Below the pieces are notes generated by a model that saw nothing but the letters and a program-made list of their open reading frames with translations, was not told the origin of the DNA and did not search any database. Position numbers and translations under genes: made by a program. Shown in pieces: positions 9,069-18,534 of a stretch of DNA of 64,000 nt. The stretch lies in the IMG/VR virus record IMGVR_UViG_3300028394_000067. One strand, 5' to 3'. The stretch's first letter is position 1, and every line of letters starts with the position of its first letter. This stretch comes from an uncultured virus (IMG/VR IMGVR_UViG_3300028394_000067) (Duplodnaviria > Heunggongvirae > Uroviricota > Caudoviricetes).

Positions 9069-9642
9069 TCCAAGGGTCTATATCTGATTGAGCTTCAGAA
9101 GAAGCTAAAGCATTTGTTCTGGTTTGTTGTGTTTGCTGAGCCTGTTGAGCTTGTAGAAGACTAATAAATTGTTTATGTTTCTGTAGTTCTAGTACTAACT
9201 CTTGATTCTGAGCTTTAACCCAATTTTGTGCATTGAGAGTAAGTTCTTCAAGCGTACTTTTTGTATGAGGAAATTCAAAAACCACATGGCCTTCGTTTTT
9301 AACGTTTATCGTTTTTCCTCCTGTGTTTTGAGCTAGAGAAGATAAGAATGCGTAGGCACGTTCAGGCTCGATGTTTGCAAGGTACGCGAGTTGAAAAGGA
9401 TCTACAAGACCACCATTATTTTCGTAAAGAGCTGTAAAAGTTGACGTGACTTTTATTGAAGTCTCCTCTTGACTCTTGGCAGCCCACGAACGTTCGCGCA
9501 CAATACTGGCACCTCCTAGTAAACCTCCTCCAAAAGCAAGAGCTGCTCCAAGGTTTTCAGGAGAAGCCACTGCTGTGTAGGCACCGATCCCTAGGACTCC
9601 GGCGATTACTAGTGTTAGATCAAGTTTCGGTAGGCGTGTCAT
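9061..9642 (-). CDS. Membrane-anchored hypothetical protein
   Basis: Likely ATG at 9642; two N-terminal TM segments and a coiled-coil C-terminus. Confidence 0.65.
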   Translation of the reverse strand: MTRLPKLDLTLVIAGVLGIGAYTAVASPENLGAALAFGGGLLGGASIVRERSWAAKSQEETSIKVTSTFTALYENNGGLVDPFQLAYLANIEPERAYAFLSSLAQNTGGKTINVKNEGHVVFEFPHTKSTLEELTLNAQNWVKAQNQELVLELQKHKQFISLLQAQQAQQTQQTRTNALASSEAQSDIDPWTR

Positions 9643-12397
9643 GTTTTTGAAAGGCAGAGTTCCAGATGGATGTCGTGGGATCTTGAGCAAACTCAACTGG
9701 TGAGGGCAGTCGATCAGGCCCGGTTGCAGCCCGGTCCGACTTTAGATCATATCCTTTCAAACGCAAACCCTTCATAGAAGGAATACCATCTTTTAACAGA
9801 AGCTCAATGCCGTCCAGTTTAAGGATGTTGATTAGAGCTTCTTTGGTTCGCTCAATGAATCTGTGTTTAGCTGCTGGCTTGTAGCCACAGGCCTTGCAGA
9901 AGTTTGCATAGCTAGGATACAGAGCACCATATGAGTTTGATACGTACATACCTTTTTCGGATTCGTCCACCGAGGGCTTTCGTGCTCCTTGACCAATAGG
10001 TGTGTGCGTATTTGGTGCATACAGACAACAGTCGTTAAGCCACGAAACGAATTGATTATTGAACAAGAGCGCATCTATATTTGTCTTGTTGAGTGAAGGC
10101 ACATGCTTAGTTGGGTTAGCTAAAACATCCTTCATTTGGTCGTAAGACATAGACAGCGCCCATGTGACAATGCCACTCATTTCAGGTTCAAACGATCCTT
10201 CGATGTGATCGTCGTGGACACTGATTAGTTCTTTTCTGGAGCTAGGAGGTACAACCTTGTCCATAAGAATCGTAAGTCGTCTCCTTTCGAGTCCACTACT
10301 AGAATCGTTAGACGTTATGTGTTCGTTACTAGCTATACAGACCAAACATTCAGGTTTAAAGCTGATAATCTCTTTGCCGTACTTTCGTTCGGCGCGTAGT
10401 GTGTCTGATGCGGAAGTGAGCTTTTTAAGTATGTCCATACGTTTGTTGTAGTTGCTTTCATCTGTAAGCAAAAGTAAGCGCTTACTTATTAGGTTGTACG
10501 TTTCAAATTTGTTAGTCTCAATAATCTCAAGGCTAGACGTATGTGTTCCGTGAAAGCCTGCTAACGCAACCATGATTTGTTGCATGGTTGATTTTCCTGT
10601 TCCGCCAGGACCGACTAGGTGTAGAAACCGTTCTCCTGCTGTGTAACCCGTTAGTATTGCTCGGGCAAAAGCTTGAATCAAAAGCTCCTGACCCGCATTA
10701 AGTGAATTCTTTAACCAGTCTTTAAACTCTGGGCATTTTGCCTTACCGTTGTAAGCGTATTGCAGTTTGTGTCTTAGGAATAAATTTTTATGTTTTCCCT
10801 CCAAGAATTCAAATGTGCGTGTATCTAATACACCGTTCTGAAAAGCAATAAGACCTTTTGACTTACTCCAAATACTTTTTCTACCTCCGTCATCGGAGCG
10901 CAAAAGCTTGGCTTTCAGTATTAAGTACACACTGTTTATTGTTGCTGAAGTGTATTTAGGCAATACACCAGCTAAAACAAATGAGTCGAGTGCCTTAACA
11001 ATCCTTCGTTTGATATGTTGTTCATCCTGTTGATACCACAGGTCATAGTCAAAGTCGTAATGATAAAACTGATCTAGGCTACTGTCGTACAGAAAATCAT
11101 CGCCCTGATTAGTGACGATTATGTCTGCTACATCGTTTTCGGAGAACTGACGATTCTGACTATTTCCTGCGTTTTGAAGATTAATGAGCTGTGTGGGTGT
11201 TGATGGGACTTGCATTTGATTTTCTTGTGTAGTTTTTGAGATAGCCGTGTCTGGTTTGGTTTCAATCGGGCTGTCGAGTAGAAAGGAAGAAAAATCTAGG
11301 ACAGCGTTTACTTGTGCTTTTTTGAGTTGCTTGAGCTGTTCTTTGATCTCTTCAGTCGCATGTTGTTGATAGAGCTTGTAGTCGATGTTCTTAATTTTTT
11401 TCCATATGGCCAGAGAACCTAGGTCTGAAGCCAGAGCGATCGCAGGCTGGATGTCAGTCGCGTCTTTTATCGAGTTTAAGATTCGGTCAAATTTGCTGTC
11501 CAGGTCGTGAGGGTAGGCGTAGATATTATAGAACGCTTGGTGTGCTACTGTCAACGCTGATGCGCACACAGGCATACTATGTGCTGTCAACCAATTACTC
11601 CAGCCTATGAGCTCCTTGAAAACCGCTGCCATTGTTGAGCTTCGGTCCTCTACTGCCTCGCCGTCTAAAACTGAACGTACAGTAGTTGACACCAATTTTT
11701 TAAGATCTAATCCTTCTTCACTAATCGTTAATGTATTCATTATGTCTTCTGCAGTCTTATCGTCCCGGCTTTCTTCTCTTGGTGTAGCTAAATATGCTCG
11801 GTGAGCTTCATCCTGTTTTGAAGCTGGTATGTAGTTACCAGATATGTCGAAAACTTTCTCACCTTTTTTGGGGCCGTAAAAGAGGTTGGGTACCGTTGTC
11901 GCTCTTATATCTGAGCCAGGAATCTGTGCGTATATTTTCTGTGTAAAAAATTTATAAAATCCTGGGTCAATTATCGGTTTCTCTAAGCCAAAAACTAATC
12001 GGAACCGTGGCCACTCTGATGTTGTTGAGGGAGAGTAATAGGCAAGCGTTAGATATTTTTTGCAAATGTCTAGTTCGAGTGCTTGGTCAAAAGTAAGTTC
12101 TTGTCTCTGTACCTTGTTTCCATCGGAATCTTTCCGATCTTCCTGGTTATCTATATCAACTATTATCATTCCAGCTTTGATTACGCCGGTTGATTCGGAT
12201 TGTCTCTTGCCTTCAAGTAGGTGCCACGCGCATAGACCATAACCCTGTGATAACTCGGTTGCTAGATCCGACGCACTCAGCTCCTTCGCTATCCAATTAA
12301 GGTTGAATGCTGCGAAGTTTCCGCCTACAGGTATCTTTCCAGTTTTTGGATGGACATGCTGAGCGACTACTTCGTTTACAGAACAAATGAACTTCAT
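9620..12397 (-). CDS. DNA primase/helicase (primase-polymerase N-terminus plus D5/P4-like SF3 helicase)
   Basis: IIVDID...YSPS...RFRLVF N-terminus; FQNGVLD (D5_N); GPGGTGKST Walker A; LLLTDE; ERKY; IASN; ERRR. Confidence 0.9.
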   Translation of the reverse strand: MKFICSVNEVVAQHVHPKTGKIPVGGNFAAFNLNWIAKELSASDLATELSQGYGLCAWHLLEGKRQSESTGVIKAGMIIVDIDNQEDRKDSDGNKVQRQELTFDQALELDICKKYLTLAYYSPSTTSEWPRFRLVFGLEKPIIDPGFYKFFTQKIYAQIPGSDIRATTVPNLFYGPKKGEKVFDISGNYIPASKQDEAHRAYLATPREESRDDKTAEDIMNTLTISEEGLDLKKLVSTTVRSVLDGEAVEDRSSTMAAVFKELIGWSNWLTAHSMPVCASALTVAHQAFYNIYAYPHDLDSKFDRILNSIKDATDIQPAIALASDLGSLAIWKKIKNIDYKLYQQHATEEIKEQLKQLKKAQVNAVLDFSSFLLDSPIETKPDTAISKTTQENQMQVPSTPTQLINLQNAGNSQNRQFSENDVADIIVTNQGDDFLYDSSLDQFYHYDFDYDLWYQQDEQHIKRRIVKALDSFVLAGVLPKYTSATINSVYLILKAKLLRSDDGGRKSIWSKSKGLIAFQNGVLDTRTFEFLEGKHKNLFLRHKLQYAYNGKAKCPEFKDWLKNSLNAGQELLIQAFARAILTGYTAGERFLHLVGPGGTGKSTMQQIMVALAGFHGTHTSSLEIIETNKFETYNLISKRLLLLTDESNYNKRMDILKKLTSASDTLRAERKYGKEIISFKPECLVCIASNEHITSNDSSSGLERRRLTILMDKVVPPSSRKELISVHDDHIEGSFEPEMSGIVTWALSMSYDQMKDVLANPTKHVPSLNKTNIDALLFNNQFVSWLNDCCLYAPNTHTPIGQGARKPSVDESEKGMYVSNSYGALYPSYANFCKACGYKPAAKHRFIERTKEALINILKLDGIELLLKDGIPSMKGLRLKGYDLKSDRAATGPDRLPSPVEFAQDPTTSIWNSAFQKHDTPTET

Positions 12398-12494
12398 GAC
12401 GTGCCTTGGATAGCTTAGTCTGCCAACAAAAGGGGTTGTGCACCCGAAATAAATTCTTTAGACATTGTCTGTTCCCCTATGCTTGATCGGATCA

Positions 12495-13274
12495 TTAAGT
12501 TACTTGCTGCATATCGTAATATTGTTTCACAACTTCAAACCAACTTTCTTCGTCTCTTTCAATTTCTTCAGGGCCAAACGTAAATATTTGAGTGTTGAAT
12601 TCTTTAATCGCTGTGGCGACAATTATTTGCGTTTTGTTTATCTTAATACCTAAACAACTTTCAGCTGCTGCTTTATAAGCTGCTAACTGCAGTCGTGTTT
12701 TCTTAACTTTAAAAACACCGGAGACTAAAGCTTTTCGTATTTCTTCGCTCATCACTTGTTCTTTTCTAGGAAACTTTGCTGCATAAGGTCCGTTACTGGT
12801 TTTAAAGTCAGCCAAGATTATCTCGGCATTTTCGTTCATGTAGATTAGGTCACAACAGCCAGCGTATCCGTGACCTGTTACTGGATCGTAATAGTGAATT
12901 CTTCCGACTCCGTCGTCTCCAACATATTTACTCCATTTAGGCTGGTTGAATGGTTTTTCTGACCACAGAACTCGTCCTCCTTTGAGTAAATTATCCAGTA
13001 ATTCAGGGACACCATCCCAATAAGGTTTGTACTTTTCAGGCGGAACGACTCGCAACCCCTTTAGGTAGTTCTCTGCACTTCCGTGGATCCACGTTCCTCT
13101 TTCGGCTGCTTGGTCGGCAACACCTGGATTTAACAGATTCCAAGTCGCGAGTTTTTGTCGCGTTTTTTCTGTTTGAGCTGTGCTTAGGATCGACGTGACA
13201 GAAGGAAGTGGTTTAGGAACACCATTACAAACGTAATGCCTTAGTCCGTTTAAAGTTACCCTTGTTTGGGACAC
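12495..13274 (-). CDS. PD-(D/E)XK exonuclease
   Basis: LPSVTSILS, ERGTWIH, WSE, YAGCCDLI, ADFKTS, LQLAAY. Confidence 0.85.
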   Translation of the reverse strand: MSQTRVTLNGLRHYVCNGVPKPLPSVTSILSTAQTEKTRQKLATWNLLNPGVADQAAERGTWIHGSAENYLKGLRVVPPEKYKPYWDGVPELLDNLLKGGRVLWSEKPFNQPKWSKYVGDDGVGRIHYYDPVTGHGYAGCCDLIYMNENAEIILADFKTSNGPYAAKFPRKEQVMSEEIRKALVSGVFKVKKTRLQLAAYKAAAESCLGIKINKTQIIVATAIKEFNTQIFTFGPEEIERDEESWFEVVKQYYDMQQVT

Positions 13275-13299
13275 AATGTGCGTGTCAACTTATGTAATT

Positions 13300-13611
13300 C
13301 TAGAAGGAATCCGAGATAACATCATTTTCTTCTTCGTCTTCTTCGTCATCGTCTACGAAGAACTCACTAGCTTGATATTGATAGTCACGGTTACGCTGAT
13401 CTAAATCGTTCATCAGACACAGCGCGGACGAAAAACCATCTAATGTTATTGACGCACAGTCCTCAGCTGATCTTGCTTCTCCGTGGTAATCCACGCACTC
13501 AGTGAGTAGTTGTGTACTTATCAACACTGCCGCTATTTTATCTAGCTTGAGACACTGCTCTTTTTGTAGAGCAATAAGTTGGTCCAAGGCCTTATAGAGT
13601 TGTTTACTCAT
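13300..13611 (-). CDS. Hypothetical protein with acidic C-terminus
   Basis: Likely ATG at 13611 (ATGA overlap with upstream stop). Confidence 0.65.
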   Translation of the reverse strand: MSKQLYKALDQLIALQKEQCLKLDKIAAVLISTQLLTECVDYHGEARSAEDCASITLDGFSSALCLMNDLDQRNRDYQYQASEFFVDDDEEDEEENDVISDSF

Positions 13612-14150
13612 GGTTGGGGGGTCTTTGGGCGCAGCCAGCCTACTTCGTACTCGATAACTGTACTCGTAAATTTTTGTCCATCTTTTTTGAAAACAAACCA
13701 CGCTGAGGTTACTGAATCCTTTAATTGCTTACCATCTGCACGGAATGACGGTCTAGGGCTTAGAATCTTTAGATTTACTAAGGAAGCTGATTTAAGAAAG
13801 GTTTCGCGACTGCGTACAGGTTCTAAAAAAGTGATTCGATCCAGTATGCATATTCCTTGTTTTGCCACGTCTAAACCGTATTCAATGACCCATGGTGTGT
13901 ATTCACCTAGTCCTTGTGTTATTGCAATCACCCAGTCAACCTTACCCCTCTGAGTTTCCCACCAGTTTTTATCTTGGATGTTTTGTTCTGATACGTTCGT
14001 AATAATGTCTGTTACATTAGAGTCTTTAACTTGTTCAAAGAGTTGGCCGTCAAAATCTGCTGGTAAGAGGACTGTGCCAGAGCACAATTTTGAGTCGGCA
14101 ATAGGGCCAAAAATAAATTTCGGCACGTGGTAAAACGCCATTGATACCAA
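13608..14150 (-). CDS. DNA adenine methyltransferase-like protein with degenerate catalytic motifs
   Basis: C-terminal RITFLEP..SR..FL...PRPSF..DG...DSVTSAWFVF matches small phage/cyanobacterial N6-MTases, but the NPP(F/Y) motif reads ITQG. Confidence 0.6.
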   Translation of the reverse strand: MVSMAFYHVPKFIFGPIADSKLCSGTVLLPADFDGQLFEQVKDSNVTDIITNVSEQNIQDKNWWETQRGKVDWVIAITQGLGEYTPWVIEYGLDVAKQGICILDRITFLEPVRSRETFLKSASLVNLKILSPRPSFRADGKQLKDSVTSAWFVFKKDGQKFTSTVIEYEVGWLRPKTPQP

Positions 14151-14168
14151 ATCGTTCTAAAAATGTAG

Positions 14169-14194
14169 AAAAAAAACGCCTTCAAACGAAGGCG
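14169..14194 (-). terminator. Rho-independent terminator
   Basis: Minus strand CGCCTTC-GTTT-GAAGGCG followed by T8. Confidence 0.8.
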
Positions 14195-14222
14195 CGTTCC
14201 CCATGTCCTTAGACAGTTTACG

Positions 14223-15056
14223 TCAAAAATCCAGACCAGCCGCTTTTAGCGCCGCTTTCTGTTCTTCGTTCAGCTCTCGTCCTTTAGTTGGTTTTTGAGC
14301 TGGCGTCGCTTGAGGTACTTCAGCCTCAGCTTTTTTTGGAGCTTCAGCAGCCGGAGGCAAGGAAGCCTTGTGCGATTCAAAAGAACCCTCTAATCTTTTG
14401 GGATGAGCCTCCATAAAAGCTTCCTTAATACCACCGTGGTCTTCACCCAGAGGTAATTCAACCAGATTAGAACCGGGGATAGAAGAACGTAATGCAGCTG
14501 ATACCAGCTCTGTTCCAGAAGTCTCAAGCCAGGAAGATACATCCTGTATGAGCTTTTTCTCCTCGTCATTCTGTGAAGGTCGATCCTTAAACTCTAATGC
14601 GTTGTAGTTTATTTTTGGACCATCAGCTCCTGTAAAGGCATCGCGTTCGTTAAATGATTTCTGCACGAACTTGGTACTTGTTACTACTTCACCTACGTTT
14701 ATACGATTGTTATACAGCGTCTGGAAGTACGTGATAAAGTTTTTTTGGCTTGACTTACCGCTGATAATGCTCGTGCAGACACACCGTGGAGGTAGTAGAC
14801 GATGATTGGGTGAAACACCGATAAAACTAATTCGTATAAATTCTTCGTGCGCCCGCATGCCGAGGTTACCAAAGAATGGTGTGAAGCCAAGCAAGATGAA
14901 CTCGATGGGTATGCCATTGTCGTTGGTGTCAACGATGGCCGCCTCAGGATCACTGTCGGATTTCCAACGACGAGCCTGCAAATCAATTCGTAGTGTGTGG
15001 GGGGGAATCTGACAAAGGATTTCATCAGCTGAGAATTTGCCTGCGATAAATACCAT
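14223..15056 (-). CDS. Hypothetical replication/recombination protein
   Basis: 277 aa between SSB and exonuclease; flexible tail ending LDF. Confidence 0.6.
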   Translation of the reverse strand: MVFIAGKFSADEILCQIPPHTLRIDLQARRWKSDSDPEAAIVDTNDNGIPIEFILLGFTPFFGNLGMRAHEEFIRISFIGVSPNHRLLPPRCVCTSIISGKSSQKNFITYFQTLYNNRINVGEVVTSTKFVQKSFNERDAFTGADGPKINYNALEFKDRPSQNDEEKKLIQDVSSWLETSGTELVSAALRSSIPGSNLVELPLGEDHGGIKEAFMEAHPKRLEGSFESHKASLPPAAEAPKKAEAEVPQATPAQKPTKGRELNEEQKAALKAAGLDF

Positions 15057-15062
15057 GGTTAG

Positions 15063-15707
15063 TTAAAGCGAAAAATCGAGAGAACCGAGAGCAGCAGTAG
15101 AAACTCGACCCTTTTCAGGGTCTGCAGCCTTTGTGGGGGCTGCTTTTTGTGTGCGAGGCAGATAAAGAATCTTATCCACGCCGTAGTTCAAGAATACTCT
15201 TTCGTCTTTTTCGGATGTGCTTACCCTTCCAACAGCAATAGTGGGGGTTCCTGCAGGTAGCTCTGCCAGTTGAGCTGACAGTTCATTCCAGCAAGATATC
15301 TTCATCCAGTTTGTTTCTTGGTTTTCATCCTGCCAAGCCAAAGATCTGTTGGTGACTGTGTTGTCGCCAAGTTGATTTTCTTCAGCTTTTGGACCAAGAC
15401 CACCCGTGGCTATATAAAGATTGATAGCAAGTAGATCATCCCAATTGTCTTTTCTGGCAATTAGCATTGGTTGCATCTTTAGCAAACCATCCGGGTCCGC
15501 TTTGGTTGGTCCGATAGCAAGGAAAACTTCCTTATCTTTAAGTTTCTTTAGTAGTTTTCCTACATAGTGATCTGCTTTCTGACTTAAAACTACTTTTGTC
15601 GGAATTTTCTTTTCGGTTGAAGGTAAAGCTTCTGCGTTTAAATTGCAGTTGCCTTCACTTTCTATTGGTTCGTCGGTGACGCGGAGACCTAAAAGGAGGA
15701 TGTTCAT
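15063..15707 (-). CDS. ssb: Single-stranded DNA-binding protein-like (probably two OB folds)
   Basis: SLAWQDENQETNWMKISCWNELS...IAVGRVST in the second half; MNILLLG...FLAIG similar first half. Confidence 0.65.
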   Translation of the reverse strand: MNILLLGLRVTDEPIESEGNCNLNAEALPSTEKKIPTKVVLSQKADHYVGKLLKKLKDKEVFLAIGPTKADPDGLLKMQPMLIARKDNWDDLLAINLYIATGGLGPKAEENQLGDNTVTNRSLAWQDENQETNWMKISCWNELSAQLAELPAGTPTIAVGRVSTSEKDERVFLNYGVDKILYLPRTQKAAPTKAADPEKGRVSTAALGSLDFSL

Positions 15708-16228
15708 TGGTTAAACAAGCGATAGATCGAAGAGCGGTGAACTTTAAATGCCTTAGCGATGTCCTTGATAGGGGTGCCTTGGCTTGCGAAGGCTAGCGCC
15801 AATTGCCTATCTGCGCTAGTAAGCTTTGAGGCTTTCATATTTTTGTAAGTATTGTGGAAAGGGTTTATGCAGTTTTTCCTTTTGCATTTGGGTAGTACAA
15901 AAGAATCTTTAGGTATGTCTAGGTACGAAAGTATTAGAGGACGTACGTAGTATTTAGTCCCTAACGCATATATTATTGGAGTGTTGTTGCAGTATTTTCC
16001 TTGCCAAGTAAAGCATTCTGTGTGACTAAAGTTACTAAAAGCTAATTTGTTAAAAAATTCGCTTAACTCACAAGATTCAATTTGTCCGTATACGAGTGTA
16101 AATGCGTCTGCTTGAAGTCCTCGTGCAATGTCTACTGCTTGTGCCTTAGCGTGGTTATTATCGTTAGCCTTTACGCAGAGTTGTAATTCTTTTTTATTTT
16201 TTTCTACGACTAAACAATACTCATCCAT
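15704..16228 (-). CDS. Degenerate HNH/His-Cys zinc-loop protein with C-terminal HTH
   Basis: CFTWQG, CKRKNCINPFH, IKDIAKAFKVHRSSIYR. Confidence 0.65.
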   Translation of the reverse strand: MDEYCLVVEKNKKELQLCVKANDNNHAKAQAVDIARGLQADAFTLVYGQIESCELSEFFNKLAFSNFSHTECFTWQGKYCNNTPIIYALGTKYYVRPLILSYLDIPKDSFVLPKCKRKNCINPFHNTYKNMKASKLTSADRQLALAFASQGTPIKDIAKAFKVHRSSIYRLFNQ

Positions 16229-16246
16229 TTAGATTTGTTATTATTT

Positions 16247-17359
16247 TTAAACTTTCAGCATATCGTAAACACCACCTTTACCTGGTAGATTGCCTTCGCG
16301 AAGCAAGCCTGTAATATTTTTATCTAAGAACGCTCTAATTTCTGCGTCACTAAAGCCTTGCTTACGAGCAGCTGTTAAATCTTCACCTCCAAAATAAGAA
16401 GAATCGATACCAAAATTAGTTGAGATTTCTCTAGGTTTTTCTTGAATTGACTCTGGGGCTTTTACAAATTCTTGAGTTTGTAGCGGGTTGTCAAATCTAG
16501 GTTTTTCTTGAACTGGAGCTACCGGTGGGGTAGGAGCAAGTGCTTTTGCAAGTTCGTCATACAGACCACCTCCTCCTTTAATATTTTGTTCTCTCAGCAA
16601 GGAAGGATTTTGGTCTAAATAGTCTTTAATTTGTTGATTACTAAATCCTTGTTTACGAGCAGCTGTTAAATCTTCTCCACCAAAGTACTTAGGGTCGATC
16701 CCGTAGGCCGTGGAGATTCCCGCTGTTATTGGGGCTACATTTTCTGCTTTTTTAAATTCCTGCGTTTGTAGTGGGTTTGCGAATTTCGATGGGTCTGCCA
16801 TTCGAGTCAACGATGGTGGTGTGCCATATTTACCTGCTAAAACTTCTGACTGTACAACAGGGTTTACATAAGAGTATTCAAAGCCAAATTTCTTTTGGAG
16901 ATCTTCAGCCAGATTTAACCGGCCAGGACCAAAAAGTTGTTTATTTTGTTGTATGTAGTTTTTAACATCTTGCTCACTAAAACCTTCAGCTAAAGCTTTT
17001 TCTAAATCTTTAGCACCGTAGCCAGGTCCCCCGAGGTTACCGTATGCGTTCCAGTTGTAGCTTTTTGTGGTCGGTCCAGTTGGTCCAGTTGGTCCAGCAG
17101 GTGCAGCTTCTTTTCTCTCAGGTATGAGGGAGAACTCACTTGTGTATGTCGTCGTGGGAACTTTTGGTGTTTGGTAACTTAAGACACCACCCCTACCTTT
17201 AGTCGTGAATTGTGTTTGTGTGTTATATACAGGCTCAAACCCTTCCAAGTTTGCCTTACCTTTGTCATCGTCTCCGAACAGGTCGACTAGGTTCAGCCCT
17301 AACCGTTGTCCTGCTACGTCTAAAAAACCCTTGGGTACTTTATATCTAGAGGCAGTCAT
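16247..17359 (-). CDS. Repeat-domain hypothetical protein (3 copies of an FGGEDL..AR.QGFS module)
   Basis: Internal repeats YGAKDLEKALAEGFS and FGGEDLTAARKQGFS x2. Confidence 0.75.
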   Translation of the reverse strand: MTASRYKVPKGFLDVAGQRLGLNLVDLFGDDDKGKANLEGFEPVYNTQTQFTTKGRGGVLSYQTPKVPTTTYTSEFSLIPERKEAAPAGPTGPTGPTTKSYNWNAYGNLGGPGYGAKDLEKALAEGFSEQDVKNYIQQNKQLFGPGRLNLAEDLQKKFGFEYSYVNPVVQSEVLAGKYGTPPSLTRMADPSKFANPLQTQEFKKAENVAPITAGISTAYGIDPKYFGGEDLTAARKQGFSNQQIKDYLDQNPSLLREQNIKGGGGLYDELAKALAPTPPVAPVQEKPRFDNPLQTQEFVKAPESIQEKPREISTNFGIDSSYFGGEDLTAARKQGFSDAEIRAFLDKNITGLLREGNLPGKGGVYDMLKV

Positions 17360-17408
17360 AGGTCGAAAGCTTTATCTTCAATAGTATAGTTTAAAACAAG
17401 GCCTAAAA

Positions 17409-17639
17409 CTATCGCGGGGCTTCAAACGTTTTAAAGCCAGGGAATCTAGCTGCAGCTCGTAGGTTCCCTGTTAGTCGAGGTTCGTTATCCGGGTCTTCCT
17501 CGTACAGTCTTTCCTTTGCTTCAGTAGTTTTTTTTCTATACGTGTTTCTGAGCCCAGGAAAATATTCAAGAAGTTTAGATGAGTCTGATGAGTCATCTAA
17601 GCTGACACCAAAATAATCACCAGCGTATCTTGTAGCCAT
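17409..17639 (-). CDS. Hypothetical protein
   Basis: 76-aa ORF starting MATRYAGDYFG. Confidence 0.65.
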   Translation of the reverse strand: MATRYAGDYFGVSLDDSSDSSKLLEYFPGLRNTYRKKTTEAKERLYEEDPDNEPRLTGNLRAAARFPGFKTFEAPR

Positions 17640-17659
17640 GGTAAACTTTTTTTACTAGT

Positions 17660-18214
17660 TTACTTGTTTTCTACAAAAAAACGCATCAGATTAAAACCAG
17701 GTCCGATTAAATTTTTAAGTACTCTCATGTTCATCTTGGCCTCCTCGTGGTCTTTATAGATCTTTGCTTTACCACGTTCTGTCGTGTAGGTTACAAGACT
17801 TTGTTTTTGTTTATCTAAATAATCTCGTACGTAAGTATCACCTTTCGTGATAACCCACACCTCTTGGAATTTTAGAAGGGGCATGTGCTGAGTTTCTCGA
17901 AATGTGTGAAACTTCCGAGAGTAAGTTACTTGTTTTTTAACTTTTTCGCTAGTTACTTTTGTAGGTTTAGTTAAGGTTTGCGGTTTATCTTTATTTTTCA
18001 GATTTTTTTGGAGGTTACGTGCTTTATTTGCCGCTTGAAACGCTGTGGGAAATACTTCTGGAGTCAAATGAATTTGATCGTTTAACTTTACGCAACCGTA
18101 ATACCCACCCTCACCTCTCAACGTAAATACGATTTTACTCGGGTTTGCATCGTAGATAAATGAAGCAGCACTTAGTAGCTTAGACAAATTTAAAGTTGTC
18201 GTTTGATTTTCCAT
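17660..18214 (-). CDS. Hypothetical protein
   Basis: Likely ATG at 18214 (MENQTTT); basic. Confidence 0.6.
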   Translation of the reverse strand: MENQTTTLNLSKLLSAASFIYDANPSKIVFTLRGEGGYYGCVKLNDQIHLTPEVFPTAFQAANKARNLQKNLKNKDKPQTLTKPTKVTSEKVKKQVTYSRKFHTFRETQHMPLLKFQEVWVITKGDTYVRDYLDKQKQSLVTYTTERGKAKIYKDHEEAKMNMRVLKNLIGPGFNLMRFFVENK

Positions 18215-18252
18215 TAGAGCTCTGGTAATTTCTGCAAAGAGTAACTCAACGT

Positions 18253-18534
18253 TTATTCGTTGTCCAGCAAAGCTAACCGCATTTGTTCGTGTCTCGAAGG
18301 AGTTTTTGAACCGTCCCACAACACATCGACATAAACCCGACGGTGCCCTGTTGAAGTTCGCTTTATCCCTGTTGCAGAAACGGTACCTATTCTTGTATCC
18401 GCCATAATTCTAGTTACCACGTTTTTAGAAGCGCTTGATGCAAATGGACTAACACACATTTGTTGCATTTTGTTTATCTCCTTGACTCGATCACCTTCTT
18501 TAAACTTTCGCTTTGGTTCGGGAGCTTGACTCAT
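18253..18534 (-). CDS. Hypothetical protein (small SH3-like beta barrel?)
   Basis: ATGA overlap with the polymerase stop; KFKEGDRV...YVDVLWDG. Confidence 0.6.
   Translation of the reverse strand: MSQAPEPKRKFKEGDRVKEINKMQQMCVSPFASSASKNVVTRIMADTRIGTVSATGIKRTSTGHRRVYVDVLWDGSKTPSRHEQMRLALLDNE

Noticed and set aside
18215..18319. SFAGQRINV as another copy of the AGxRLG motif
   Set aside because: It lies in a probable spurious upstream extension overlapping another gene, so it was not counted.
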